Source of the DNA: Thermoanaerobaculia bacterium | GTDB taxonomy: Bacteria; Acidobacteriota; Thermoanaerobaculia; Multivoradales; UBA5704 | Length of the DNA: 64,000 nt | NCBI GenBank assembly: GCA_035544895.1 | Contig: DASZZM010000026.1 | Coordinates: 35,914 to 99,913, forward strand | Direction of reading: 5' to 3' | In this document: in pieces, positions 53,682 to 62,875 of the stretch | Position numbering within the stretch: position 1 is the first letter of the stretch | Layout of the letters: every line of letters begins with the position of its first letter | Position numbers and translations under genes: made by a program | Notes under the pieces: generated by a model | What the model saw: the letters and a program-made list of their open reading frames with translations, nothing else | What the model was told of the DNA's origin: nothing | Databases searched by the model: none

Positions 53682-55043
53682 ATGAAGCGTTTCAATGCAC
53701 TGCTGCTGGCGACGGTTGCCGCCCTGCTCCTGATCTCCGCGACCGCATCGGCCGCCGTTGCTCCACCCCAGCCGGGCGCCCCTCCGCAGACGGAGACCGC
53801 GACCGCCCATCTCGACCCCGACGCGGCCACCGCGGCCTATCTCGCCCGGCTGTCCCCCGAGGCGCGGGCCAAGTCCGACGCTTACTTCGAAGGCGGCTAT
53901 TGGCTGATCCTGTGGGACTTCCTGGCCGGCCTCGCCGTCGCCTGGCTGTTCCTGGGCACGCACCTTTCGTCACGCATGCGGGACTGGGCAGAGCGCATCA
54001 CATCCTCCAGAGGGCTGCAGACCGCCATCTACTCGGCCCTCTACATCTTGATCTCCTCCGTGGTGTTGTTGCCGTTGGCTGCCTACGAAGGCTACTTCCG
54101 CGAGCACCAGTACGGCATGTCCAACCAGGACATGAGCGCCTGGCTCGGAGACCAGATGAAGGGGCTTGCGCTCGGGCTCGTCTTCGGCACCCTCGCCTTT
54201 ACGGCGATCTACGCCGTCATCCGCAAGGCGCCGCGCACCTGGTGGCTCTGGGGGGCGCTCGTCGCCATCGGATTGGCCATGTTCGCCGTGGCCATCGCAC
54301 CCGTGTACGTCGAGCCTCTGTTCAATAAATTCAAGCCGCTGACCGAAAGCCCGCTCAAGCACCAGATCCTCTCCATGGCGCGGGCCAACGGCATCCCGGC
54401 CAGCGACGTGTATGAATTCGACGCTTCCAAGCAGACCAAGCGCATGAGCGCGCACGTGAGCGGCTTGCTCGGCACCACGCGAATCAGCATGAACGACAAC
54501 CTGATGAAGCGCGGCTCGCCGGAAGAGATCGAGGCGGTGCTGGGCCACGAGATGGGCCATTACGTCCTGAACCACGTCTACAAGGGCATCGTCTTCATCG
54601 GCATCATCGTCGTCGTCGGTTTCGCCTTCTTGCGCTGGTCCTTCGGCAGGCTGCAAGCCAGCCGCGGACTGCGCTGGGGGATCCGCGATATCGGCGACGT
54701 CAGCGGCTTGCCACTGCTGCTCGTTCTGTTTTCGGTGTTCATGTTCGTGCTGACGCCGGTGCTGAACACCCTCACCCGCACCATGGAAGCGGAGGCGGAT
54801 GCCTTTGGCATGAACGCGTCGCGCCAGCCGGACGGCTTCGCCCAGGCGGCGCTGCACCTCTCCGAGTACCGCAAGATGCAACCCGGGACCATCGAGGAAT
54901 ACTTCTTCTACGACCATCCGAGTGGCTGGAACCGCATCCACCGCGCCATGGTGTGGAAGGCGGAGCACCTCAACGACGCCGACATCGCTGCATACGACGC
55001 CGCGCATCGCCTGGCGGCAATCGCTGCGCCGGGCAAGAAGTAA
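53682..55043 (+). CDS. M48-family (HtpX/Ste24-like) membrane zinc metalloprotease.
   Basis: HEMGHY (HExxH) zinc site with the downstream EAEAD. Signal peptide and multiple TM segments. Starts 65 bp after the NRPS stop. Confidence 0.85.
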   Translation: MKRFNALLLATVAALLLISATASAAVAPPQPGAPPQTETATAHLDPDAATAAYLARLSPEARAKSDAYFEGGYWLILWDFLAGLAVAWLFLGTHLSSRMRDWAERITSSRGLQTAIYSALYILISSVVLLPLAAYEGYFREHQYGMSNQDMSAWLGDQMKGLALGLVFGTLAFTAIYAVIRKAPRTWWLWGALVAIGLAMFAVAIAPVYVEPLFNKFKPLTESPLKHQILSMARANGIPASDVYEFDASKQTKRMSAHVSGLLGTTRISMNDNLMKRGSPEEIEAVLGHEMGHYVLNHVYKGIVFIGIIVVVGFAFLRWSFGRLQASRGLRWGIRDIGDVSGLPLLLVLFSVFMFVLTPVLNTLTRTMEAEADAFGMNASRQPDGFAQAALHLSEYRKMQPGTIEEYFFYDHPSGWNRIHRAMVWKAEHLNDADIAAYDAAHRLAAIAAPGKK

Positions 55044-55164
55044 CCCAAGGCCGATGTCGCCGGTGACCCGCTTCAGACGAAAAGTATCTGGGGGGCGGCT
55101 CGCGCCGTGTTAGGCTGTCATCCGGGGAAGGCTCGGGCGCCTTCGTCACCGTGGCAAGCACGCG

Positions 55165-55521
55165 ATGAAATCAAGACTCCTCTCCGCCTTCGTTGCGGCC
55201 TTGCTTTTCGTTGCCAGCGGTTTCGGGCCTCATCCTTGCCACCCCCGCGACCGGATCTCGGCGACCTCCAGGCCAGCGGCGATGCCCGCCTGCCACCAGG
55301 CCGCGGCGGGGGAAGCTCCCGGCCAGGGCGTCCCGGCCCTCAGCGCCGCGGGGCGCGATTGCTGCGGCAGCGTGTGCGAGCACGCCTGCCTGAGCTCGGG
55401 GGACCGGCAAGAGAGCATGCTTCTCTGCCCGCTGCGCATGGCTTCGGCGGCCTCGCCTGAAGCGGCGCAAGTCGTCCCGCCCCTCCTCGTTTCGAGCATC
55501 GAGCACGTCCCTCTCTCCTAG
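55165..55521 (+). CDS. Small secreted Cys/His-rich protein. Putative periplasmic metal-binding protein.
   Basis: Signal peptide. Motifs HPCHP, ACHQ, DCCGSVCEHAC, LLCPL. Sits between the M48 protease gene and the CopB-like gene. Confidence 0.45.
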   Translation: MKSRLLSAFVAALLFVASGFGPHPCHPRDRISATSRPAAMPACHQAAAGEAPGQGVPALSAAGRDCCGSVCEHACLSSGDRQESMLLCPLRMASAASPEAAQVVPPLLVSSIEHVPLS

Positions 55522-55649
55522 CAGCTCCTGATCTCCGCTGTCGCCGTTCGCGTCGAGGATCGACGGTCCCCAACGGCGGCACCTCCTTCAACTGACCGGT
55601 TGCGGGCCTGCCAAGAGCTTGGCGAGGACTGCGCCTCAGGAGCTGCACC

Positions 55650-57167
55650 ATGGACAAGAGCCGCCCAAAGTTTCGACTTGGAAGCCGCACCCGACTCGCA
55701 CTCGCCCTGGCGCTACTAGCCGGAGCCCCGGCATGGGGCCAGCATCAGCACCCTCCTTCCTCCACGCCCGCGCCGCCGCCACAGCCGGCCGCGCCGGCGC
55801 CGCCCGCGTCACCTTCAGAGCCCGGCACCGGAGAAAGCAAGAGCCCGCCGAGCACCGGGCCTCAGCATCCGCCGGACGCTCACGGGCAGCCCGCCGATCA
55901 CGGCGCCATGCCGGGCATGGAAGGGATGGCGGGCATGGCGAGCATGGAGGGTATGCACGGTATTCACGGCATGGCCGCCCTCTTCGGCCCCTACGCCATG
56001 ACCCGCGAAGCCTCGGGCACATCGTGGCAGCCCGAGTCCTCCCCCCATGAAGGACTTCACTGGAACCTCGGACCCTGGCAGCTTATGACCCACGGCTACG
56101 CGATGCTGATCCATTCCGACCAGGCCGGCCGCGAGCGCGCCACCAAGACCTTCGGCGAGAACATGCTCATGAACATGGCTTCGCGACCGCTGGGGCCGGG
56201 GCGCCTGGGCTTGCGCGCCATGCTCTCCGCGGAGCCATGGACGGTTGGCAAGGCCGGCTATCCGCTCGTCTTGCAGACGGGCGAGACCGCCGACGGCGTG
56301 ACGCCGCTCAGGGACCGCCAGCACCCCCACGACCTGTTCATGGAGCTGGCCGCCAGCTACAGTCTGCCCATCGGCGGGGACGGCTCGGTCTTCCTTTACC
56401 TCGGCGAGCCCGGCGAGCCGGCGCTCGGCCCGCCCGCCTTCATGCACCGCTTCTCCGGGCTGGACAACCCCGAGGCGCCGCTCGCGCACCACTGGCTGGA
56501 CGCCACCCACATCTCCTATGGCGTCGTGACCCTCGGCTGGGTGCGCGGCGGCTGGAAGCTCGAGGGCTCGGCCTTCAACGGCCACGAGCCCGACCCCAAG
56601 CGCACCGACCTGGACGCCCCGAAGCTCAACTCGTACTCCTTCCGCGCCTCTTTCCAGCCCGCTCCCAACTGGTCGCTGCAGGCGAGCGCCGGGCACCTCA
56701 GCCGCCCCGAGCAGCTCGAGCCCGGTGTCGACGTCACCCGCACCACCGCGTCGGCGATGTACAACCGGCCGCTCGCCGCCGGCAGCTGGCAGACCACCCT
56801 GGCGGTGGGGCGCAACGATCGCAACCCGGGGAAGGCGACCGTGGCCCTGCTGCTCGAGAGCGGCGCCAGCTTCGCCGGGCGGCACACTCTGTTCGGCCGC
56901 CTCGAGCGGCTCGACAACGACGAGCTGCTCGGCAACGGCAAAGTCGCGGCGGTCGGCAAGCTCTCGCTCGGCTACATCTATGACGCGCTCGCCGTCGATA
57001 AGTTGAAGGCGGGCGTCGGCCTCGTCGGGAGCGTCGCCCGGGTGCCACCTGCCCTCGAGTCCCGCTACGGCAGCCGGACGCTCTACTCCTGGATGGCCTT
57101 CCTGCGCCTCAAGCTGACCGGGCCGGCGATGGACGCCTCGATGCACATGCCGGCGAGCACGCCGTGA
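55650..57167 (+). CDS. CopB-like outer-membrane copper-resistance protein. Met/His-rich N-terminal region plus a predicted beta-barrel.
   Basis: N-terminal repeats MPGMEGMAGMASMEGMHGIHGM are typical of copper-binding Mxx(M/H) tracts. The remainder is rich in alternating beta-strand patterns. Confidence 0.6.
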   Translation: MDKSRPKFRLGSRTRLALALALLAGAPAWGQHQHPPSSTPAPPPQPAAPAPPASPSEPGTGESKSPPSTGPQHPPDAHGQPADHGAMPGMEGMAGMASMEGMHGIHGMAALFGPYAMTREASGTSWQPESSPHEGLHWNLGPWQLMTHGYAMLIHSDQAGRERATKTFGENMLMNMASRPLGPGRLGLRAMLSAEPWTVGKAGYPLVLQTGETADGVTPLRDRQHPHDLFMELAASYSLPIGGDGSVFLYLGEPGEPALGPPAFMHRFSGLDNPEAPLAHHWLDATHISYGVVTLGWVRGGWKLEGSAFNGHEPDPKRTDLDAPKLNSYSFRASFQPAPNWSLQASAGHLSRPEQLEPGVDVTRTTASAMYNRPLAAGSWQTTLAVGRNDRNPGKATVALLLESGASFAGRHTLFGRLERLDNDELLGNGKVAAVGKLSLGYIYDALAVDKLKAGVGLVGSVARVPPALESRYGSRTLYSWMAFLRLKLTGPAMDASMHMPASTP

Positions 57168-57226
57168 GCGACCAGGGCCGCACCTTCGTCTCTTCCTGGG
57201 TGAGACCACAGGGGCGCAGGGAGGGC

Positions 57227-57258
57227 TTGACATTGGACTCGATTCCAGGGTTTAGGAT
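57227..57258 (+). promoter_or_regulatory. Candidate MerR-type promoter: a -35 TTGACA, a 19-20 bp spacer containing a dyad, and a -10 TAGGAT.
   Basis: TTGACA-ttggactcgattccagggt-TTAGGAT. The over-long spacer is the hallmark of MerR-family regulated promoters. TGGA-n6-TCCA dyad in the spacer. It lies 40 bp upstream of the MerR-family gene. Confidence 0.4.
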
Positions 57259-57298
57259 GCCCGCATGACGCATTGCACCTGCCCCGTCGAGTCCGGCG

Positions 57299-57763
57299 AT
57301 GCGCACTGGTGAGCTCGCCGCTTCGGCAGGCGTCAGCCCCGACACGGTGCGCCACTACGAGCGCGCCGGCCTCCTGCCGCGCGCCGCGCGCTCGGCCAAC
57401 GGCTACCGCGAGTTTCCCGTCGAGACCTTGGAGCGGCTGCGCGTCGTGCGCGCCGCACTTGCGGTCGGCTTCACGGTCGAGGAGCTGTCGCGCGTCCTGC
57501 GCGAGCGCCTGCGCGGCGGCGCCCCTTGCCGCTCGGTGCGCAACCTGGCGGCCAGCAAGCTTGCCGCGATCATCCGCCAGGAGCGCGAGCTGCGCGCGCT
57601 GCGCCGCACTCTGACCGCCCTGATCGAAGATTGGGACGCCCGGCTCGCCAACCAACCCGCCGGAACACCCGTCCACCTCCTCGACGACCTCGGCCGCCGC
57701 GCCGATCCCTCGAGACCTGGCATCCATCCGCGCCTCCGCCGGACGCACAAGGAGAACCCATGA
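57299..57763 (+). CDS. MerR-family transcriptional regulator, possibly metal-responsive.
   Basis: N-terminus MRTGELAASAGVSPDTVRHYERAGLLP (MerR HTH). A C-terminal coiled-coil with one Cys (GGAPCRS). Confidence 0.85.
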   Translation: MRTGELAASAGVSPDTVRHYERAGLLPRAARSANGYREFPVETLERLRVVRAALAVGFTVEELSRVLRERLRGGAPCRSVRNLAASKLAAIIRQERELRALRRTLTALIEDWDARLANQPAGTPVHLLDDLGRRADPSRPGIHPRLRRTHKENP

Positions 57764-58380
57764 CCGACCGTCATCGCCTCGCTCTGCTGCTCGCCGCCGT
57801 CGTGCTCTTCGCAACTCCGTCACCGTCCCTCGCCAACAGCGCCGCCGCGCCTGTCGATGCGCACGCCGGCGATGCCATGCCGTCCGACTGCCCGCTGCAC
57901 GCCGCGCACATGGCGGCGGCCAAGGCGGACACGGCCTCCGCCGCCGCGGCACCGAAGGCCCACGACCACTTCGCCGGCGTGAGCGCTCGCGGTGCACGGG
58001 CGATGGGCTTCTCGCAGACGGCCACCACACACCATTTCCTGCTCCACTCCGACGGCGGCGAAATTCGCGTCGAGTCCAACGCCCCGGAGGACACCACCAG
58101 CCGCGACCAGATCCGCCGCCACCTCTTCGAGATCGCACGCGGCTTCACGGCTGGCGACTTCCACACACCAATGGTCGTCCATGACCAGATCCCGCCTGGA
58201 GTCCGCGCTCTCGAGCGTCTGCGCGCCATGGTTACCTATTCCTACTCGGACACCGACCGCGGCGGCCGTGTCGAGCTGCGCACCATCGACGCCGAGGCTC
58301 TGCGGGCGATCCACGAGTTCCTGCGCTTCCAGATCCGGGAGCACCAGACGGGCGACCCGCTCACTCCACCGGCTCGCTGA
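57760..58380 (+). CDS. Secreted His-rich hypothetical protein in the MerR operon.
   Basis: The ATG overlaps the MerR stop (ATGA). Signal peptide. Segment HAGDAMPSDCPLHAAHMAAAKADT...KAHDHFAG. Confidence 0.55.
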   Translation: MTDRHRLALLLAAVVLFATPSPSLANSAAAPVDAHAGDAMPSDCPLHAAHMAAAKADTASAAAAPKAHDHFAGVSARGARAMGFSQTATTHHFLLHSDGGEIRVESNAPEDTTSRDQIRRHLFEIARGFTAGDFHTPMVVHDQIPPGVRALERLRAMVTYSYSDTDRGGRVELRTIDAEALRAIHEFLRFQIREHQTGDPLTPPAR

Positions 58381-58433
58381 GTCGTGGTCGTTACCAGTTG
58401 ACACACACGACTGCCAACTGCTAGAACGAAAAG

Positions 58434-59606
58434 GTGCCGCGCTGGTACCTTCTGATCCACCAGTTGCCGCCCAAACCCCTTTACTTGCGGGCACGCATTC
58501 GGCAGCGCCTGGCGCGGGTGGGGGCGATCGCGCTCAAGAACTCGGTCTACGTCCTTCCCCACTCGGAGGTCAGCCTCGAGGACTTCCAATGGATCGCCGA
58601 AGAAGCCGTGGCAGGCGGTGGCGAGGCGTTCCTCTGCGAGGCCGACTTTTTCGGCCGGCCCTCCGGCGAGGAGATCGAGGCGCGCTTCCGGCGGGAGCGC
58701 GCGGCCGACTATGACCGTCTGGCTACCGAGGCCCGCGAGCTGCTGCGCCTGACCAGCCGCCGCGGCGCCGCCGTCGCCAGCGAAGCGGACCTTGCCCTGC
58801 GCTTCAGCCGCTTGCAGAAGCGGCTCGGCGAGGTGGCGGCGATCGATTTCTTCGCCGCCCCCGAGCGGGAGAAGGTGGAGGCCTTGCTGGGCCAGGTCGC
58901 GGTCCGCCTTCGGGCGGGCCAGGCGCCGGCACCCGCGGCGAGCCAGCCCGCTGAGCACGCCGGCCTCGCCGGCCGGACCTGGGTCACCCGCAAGGGCATC
59001 CACATCGACCGGATCGCCTCGGCATGGCTCGTCCGCCGCTTCGTCGATCCGGCCGCCCGCTTCCGCTTTGTCGATTCCCAGACTCCCGAGGCTGCGCCGG
59101 GTGAGATCCGTTTCGATACGGTGGGCGGCGACTTCACCCACGAGGGGGATCGCTGCACCTTCGAGACGCTCGTCGCGCGGCTCGGTCTCGCCGATCCGGC
59201 GCTGGCGCAGATCGCCGAGATCGTCCACGACATCGACCTCAAGGACGGGAGGTACGGCCGCCCCGATGCCGCGGGGATCTCGCAGCTGTTGACCGGCCTC
59301 GTCCTCGCCCATCCCGACGATTTCGAACGCCTCGACCGCGGTTTCGCTCTTCTCGACGACTTGTACGGGTCGTTTCGACCTGCCGGGAGTGCCGGCAATG
59401 GCGGGAGCGCCGGCCGACCTGCCGGGAGTGCCGGCGACCTGCCGGGAGTGTCGCCAATGGCGGGAGCGGCGACCAATGGCGGGAGCGCCGGCCGACCTGC
59501 CGGGAGCGCCGGGAAGGGACCCGGCGCTTCCGATCAGACCGCCGGCCGCAAGCGTCTGCCGCGGAGCGCCTCGCCGGCGGTGCGGGCGGCGCGGCGAGGC
59601 CGCTAA
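58434..59606 (+). CDS. ChrB-domain (chromate-resistance regulator-like) protein. Its C-terminal extension is built from a repeat element.
   Basis: N-terminus MPRWYLLIHQLPPKPLYLRARIRQRL...KNSVYVLP fits ChrB. The last ~80 aa (PAGSAGNGGSAGRPAGSAGDLPGVSPMAGAATNGGSAGRPAGSAGKGPG) are encoded by tandem copies of the 40-bp element. Confidence 0.7.
   Translation: MPRWYLLIHQLPPKPLYLRARIRQRLARVGAIALKNSVYVLPHSEVSLEDFQWIAEEAVAGGGEAFLCEADFFGRPSGEEIEARFRRERAADYDRLATEARELLRLTSRRGAAVASEADLALRFSRLQKRLGEVAAIDFFAAPEREKVEALLGQVAVRLRAGQAPAPAASQPAEHAGLAGRTWVTRKGIHIDRIASAWLVRRFVDPAARFRFVDSQTPEAAPGEIRFDTVGGDFTHEGDRCTFETLVARLGLADPALAQIAEIVHDIDLKDGRYGRPDAAGISQLLTGLVLAHPDDFERLDRGFALLDDLYGSFRPAGSAGNGGSAGRPAGSAGDLPGVSPMAGAATNGGSAGRPAGSAGKGPGASDQTAGRKRLPRSASPAVRAARRGR
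59383..59513. repeat. Tandem array of about 4 full or partial copies of a 40-bp REP-like element (CGACCTGCCGGGAGTGCCGGCAATGGCGGGAGCGCCGGCC), read through in-frame.
   Basis: The same element (38 of 40 identical) occurs at 48020..48059 inside the NRPS2 gene. It contains two short GC hairpins (GCCGG-gagtg-CCGGC and GGCG-ggag-CGCC). Confidence 0.7.
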
Positions 59607-60658
59607 CCGACCTCGACTTCCTCCCAGCGGCGCGGTTCGGCCATGCCCACGACGATCTTGCGATCGCCCGAGTACGAGGCTCGCCCGTGGGCAACCAGGA
59701 GATTGTCGAGCATGAGGAGGTCTCCCTCCTGCCAGGGGATGCTCACCTTCTCCTCGCCGTAGATCCCGCGCAGCTCGTCGAGGACCGAAGGCTCGATCGG
59801 AGAGCCGTCCCCATAGTAGGAGTTGCTCGGCAGGTCCTCCTCGTCGAACTCGGCGAGCAGGGCCTCGCGCACCAGCGGAATCAGGGTCGATACGTGGAAG
59901 AAGGTGGCATGATTGAACCAGGTCATCTCCCCGCTCTGCGGGTGCCGGACCGCGGCCGGTCGGACGGCGCGGGTTCGCAAGCGGCCGTCGCTCTTCCACT
60001 CCGCTTCGATACCGTGCTCGCGGCAGTGGTTTTCGACGGCCGCCTTGTCGGTGGTTTGGAAGACGGTCTGCCACGGCAGGCCGAAGCCGTCGCCGTAGTT
60101 ACGGACGACCATCCATTTCTTCGTCCGGAAGCGCTCTCGGATCGCCGGGTCGATACGGTTGTAGACCTTGCGGCAGTCGGCGATGGGCGTCGCCCCGCCC
60201 TCCGACGCGGCCACCACGCAGAAAAAGAAGATCTTCATCGGCCAGATGTGCTGGTAAGAGTTCTCGTTGTGCAGAAAAATCTCCTGGTCCGCCGGATAAT
60301 CGGTCGAGGTGTAGACCCGGCCGCTGACCTGACTGCGCGGCGAGGACCGCTCGCGGTACTCGACGAGCTCCATGGAGATGGCGCGGGTGAACTGCTCGAA
60401 CTGCTCGACGGTCCGCTCCTCGAAGTTGCGGAAAACGACCCCGCCGTGTCGCACCACCAGACCCTGCACCAGCTCCCGGTTCGCGGCCGCCCAGGTGACC
60501 AGGCTCATGCCCTTGAACGCCGGCTGGACGATGAGCGGCAGACTCTGGCCGGGCGCCGGCAGCTCCTGATGGACCATCGCCTCTTGCGAGACGGTGACCG
60601 GCTTGCGGCGGGGGATCGCTAAACTCATGGGTCTGTCCTTGCCTTCCTGCTCGATCAT
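59603..60658 (-). CDS. TauD/TfdA-family Fe(II)/2-oxoglutarate-dependent dioxygenase (SyrP-like).
   Basis: 351 aa with conserved blocks FLHNENSYQH (the HxD/E region) and ...FNHATFFHVS. Convergent with the ChrB-like gene. Start at MIEQ or MSLA is uncertain. Confidence 0.75.
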   Translation of the reverse strand: MIEQEGKDRPMSLAIPRRKPVTVSQEAMVHQELPAPGQSLPLIVQPAFKGMSLVTWAAANRELVQGLVVRHGGVVFRNFEERTVEQFEQFTRAISMELVEYRERSSPRSQVSGRVYTSTDYPADQEIFLHNENSYQHIWPMKIFFFCVVAASEGGATPIADCRKVYNRIDPAIRERFRTKKWMVVRNYGDGFGLPWQTVFQTTDKAAVENHCREHGIEAEWKSDGRLRTRAVRPAAVRHPQSGEMTWFNHATFFHVSTLIPLVREALLAEFDEEDLPSNSYYGDGSPIEPSVLDELRGIYGEEKVSIPWQEGDLLMLDNLLVAHGRASYSGDRKIVVGMAEPRRWEEVEVG

Positions 60659-60880
60659 CGGTTCCTCGGACTGCGGGACCATCAGCCTACCGGAAGCAGC
60701 GCAAGAGGTCCCGTGCTTCGGGCGCTGCGGTTCGCCATGATCCGGGAGCACGCGGGCACACCTCACCAGAAATCTATTGTGCAGGCAGGAGGCGTCCCAG
60801 AGACGAACATTCGAGAAGCTGGCCACTACTGACCTTATCCCGCGAGCCGGGTTGTTTCCGCTTGGCACTGGCCTCGCCCG

Positions 60881-61600
60881 TCAGGGGGCCGTTCCCGGCT
60901 GCTCGGCAATGCGGGCGAGAACGGCCTCGACCAGGCGGTCGCAGCGGAGGCCCTCGAAGGCGAAGGCGTCGCGACAAGCAGTGCTTGCCTGCTCGGCGAC
61001 CCGGCGGCGCAGCATCCCGCGCGCGCGATGGAGACGGGTCTTCACGGCTGAGATCTCGAGGTCCAAGCACTCGGCCGTGGCGGCGGTGCTCAGTCCCTCC
61101 ACGTCGCGAAGCACCAAGACCAGCCGATATGGCGCGGGCAGGGCGTCGATCGCGGATTCGAGGATCGTACGCAGGTTGCGCCGGATCGCGCGCTGCTCGG
61201 GACCGAGCTCGGTCGAGCGCAGCGAGGCAATGGACTCCTTCTGAACATCGGGCATGGCATCGATCTCCACGAGGCGGCCGCGACGCCGGGCACGCGCCGC
61301 CGCCTCGTAGACGGCAATTCTGGTCAGCCAGGTGGCAAAGCGGGCGCCTCCCGAGAACTGGCCGAGGTGATGAAAGGCGCGCACGTAGGCGTCTTGGACC
61401 ACGTCCTCGGCCTCGTCGTCGTCGCCCACGATTCCGCGGGCAACGCGATAGAGCCGCCGGTTGTACCGGCGCATCAGGATCTCGAATAGTTGGCGTTCGC
61501 CGGCGAGGACACGCCTCACCACCTCCTCGTCGCTCGAGGCATCGCCCTGAAGATCGGGCGATCTGGCCTGGCCTGCATCATCGAAGGTCCGCGTCCTCAT
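60881..61600 (-). CDS. ECF-type RNA polymerase sigma-70 family factor.
   Basis: Sigma-2 region (DVVQDAYVRAFHHLGQF) and sigma-4 HTH (RLVLVLRDVEGLSTAATAECLDLEISAVKTRLHRAR). Confidence 0.85.
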   Translation of the reverse strand: MRTRTFDDAGQARSPDLQGDASSDEEVVRRVLAGERQLFEILMRRYNRRLYRVARGIVGDDDEAEDVVQDAYVRAFHHLGQFSGGARFATWLTRIAVYEAAARARRRGRLVEIDAMPDVQKESIASLRSTELGPEQRAIRRNLRTILESAIDALPAPYRLVLVLRDVEGLSTAATAECLDLEISAVKTRLHRARGMLRRRVAEQASTACRDAFAFEGLRCDRLVEAVLARIAEQPGTAP

Positions 61601-61757
61601 GGCTCCTGCCCGAGACTACAGAGTCGCCGCCTGGCAGAAGGTTACGCCTATTGCGCCGGCTCCGCCAACTTGTAACCTCCGGCGCGCTGCCGACTCTGTA
61701 GAGGTTGGGCGGAGCCGATCGGCCCCGCCAAGGAGATCGCGAGAAAGGAGGTTGACG

Positions 61758-62156
61758 ATGCAACCGAGTCACACGCCCGCGGCACAGGCCTTCCAGATCC
61801 TGCACGTCGGGTTCACGGTGGCGCCGCTGCTGGCGGGGATCGATAAGTTCACTCACCTGCTGGTCAACTGGGACCAGTACCTGGCGCCCAGCGTGGAGCG
61901 CTTGCTGCCTTTCTCGGGCCACACCTTCATGCAGCTCGTGGGCGTCGTCGAGATCGCCGCCGGGCTCATCGTCTGGTTCAGGCCGCGCTTCGGGGGCTAT
62001 CTGGTGGCCGCCTGGCTGTGGGGCATCATCCTCGATCTGCTGCTGGTCCCGGGCTACTTCGACGTTGCCCTGCGCGACTTCGGTCTGTCGTTGGGGGCTC
62101 TGGCGTTGGCGCGCCTGGCCGTCGCCGAGGCTCCCGCCGGCGTTCGGCAGGCCTGA
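61758..62156 (+). CDS. Small membrane protein, DoxX-like.
   Basis: RBS AAAGGAGG. About 132 aa with 3-4 hydrophobic segments. Low-level fit to the DoxX family. Confidence 0.45.
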   Translation: MQPSHTPAAQAFQILHVGFTVAPLLAGIDKFTHLLVNWDQYLAPSVERLLPFSGHTFMQLVGVVEIAAGLIVWFRPRFGGYLVAAWLWGIILDLLLVPGYFDVALRDFGLSLGALALARLAVAEAPAGVRQA

Positions 62157-62211
62157 CCAGCCGAGGCGCTGTACACCAACTGAAGGAACGCGAGAAAGAG
62201 AGGCCGAAGAA

Positions 62212-62841
62212 ATGAGCACCCAATTCTCCAGGACTCTGGTCGTGTTCACAGCGCTGGCAGTGCTGAGCTGCGTCGTCTCCGCACCCGCACTCGCCGCGGG
62301 GAAGACCGACGCGTCCCAACTGCGCGTCGACATGCGCAAGTTGTGGGAGGACCACATCACCTGGACCCGGCTGTGGATCGTGAGCTTTGCCGCGGGACTC
62401 CCGGACCAGGAGGTCGCGGCCGGACGCCTGATGAAAAACCAGGAGGACATCGGCAATGCCATCAAGCCGTTTTACGGCGGCGCGGCGGGGACGAAGCTCA
62501 CCGGCTTGCTCAAGGAACATATCCAGGGGGCGGTCGAGCTGGTGACCGCGGCCAAGGCAGGCGACGCTGCCAAGATCGCAGCCGCCAAGACCGGGTGGTA
62601 CAGAAACGGCGACGACATCGCCGCCTTTCTCTCCGGCGCAAATCCGAAGAACTGGCCGCTCGGCGACATGAAGGCAGGGATGAAGGAGCACCTCGACACG
62701 ACGCTGCAGGAGGCGCAGGACCGCCTCGGCGGCAAGTGGGCCGAGGACGCCAGAGACTACGATCGGGTGAAGGAACACATCCTCGCCCTGGCCGACACGC
62801 TGACCAAAGGCATCGTCAGACAGTTCCCCGACCGCTTCTAG
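62212..62841 (+). CDS. Secreted hypothetical protein.
   Basis: Signal peptide MSTQFSRTLVVFTALAVLSCVVSAPALAAG. No family recognised. Confidence 0.55.
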   Translation: MSTQFSRTLVVFTALAVLSCVVSAPALAAGKTDASQLRVDMRKLWEDHITWTRLWIVSFAAGLPDQEVAAGRLMKNQEDIGNAIKPFYGGAAGTKLTGLLKEHIQGAVELVTAAKAGDAAKIAAAKTGWYRNGDDIAAFLSGANPKNWPLGDMKAGMKEHLDTTLQEAQDRLGGKWAEDARDYDRVKEHILALADTLTKGIVRQFPDRF

Positions 62842-62875
62842 ACCTGGGATCACTCCAGAGCTCGGGTCCACCTCG

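Noticed and set aside
57265-57614. Alternative ORFs upstream of and overlapping the MerR-family gene (the ATG at 57265, and ORF 57273..57614).
   Set aside because: They are in different frames from the clear MerR HTH sequence and have low-complexity translations.
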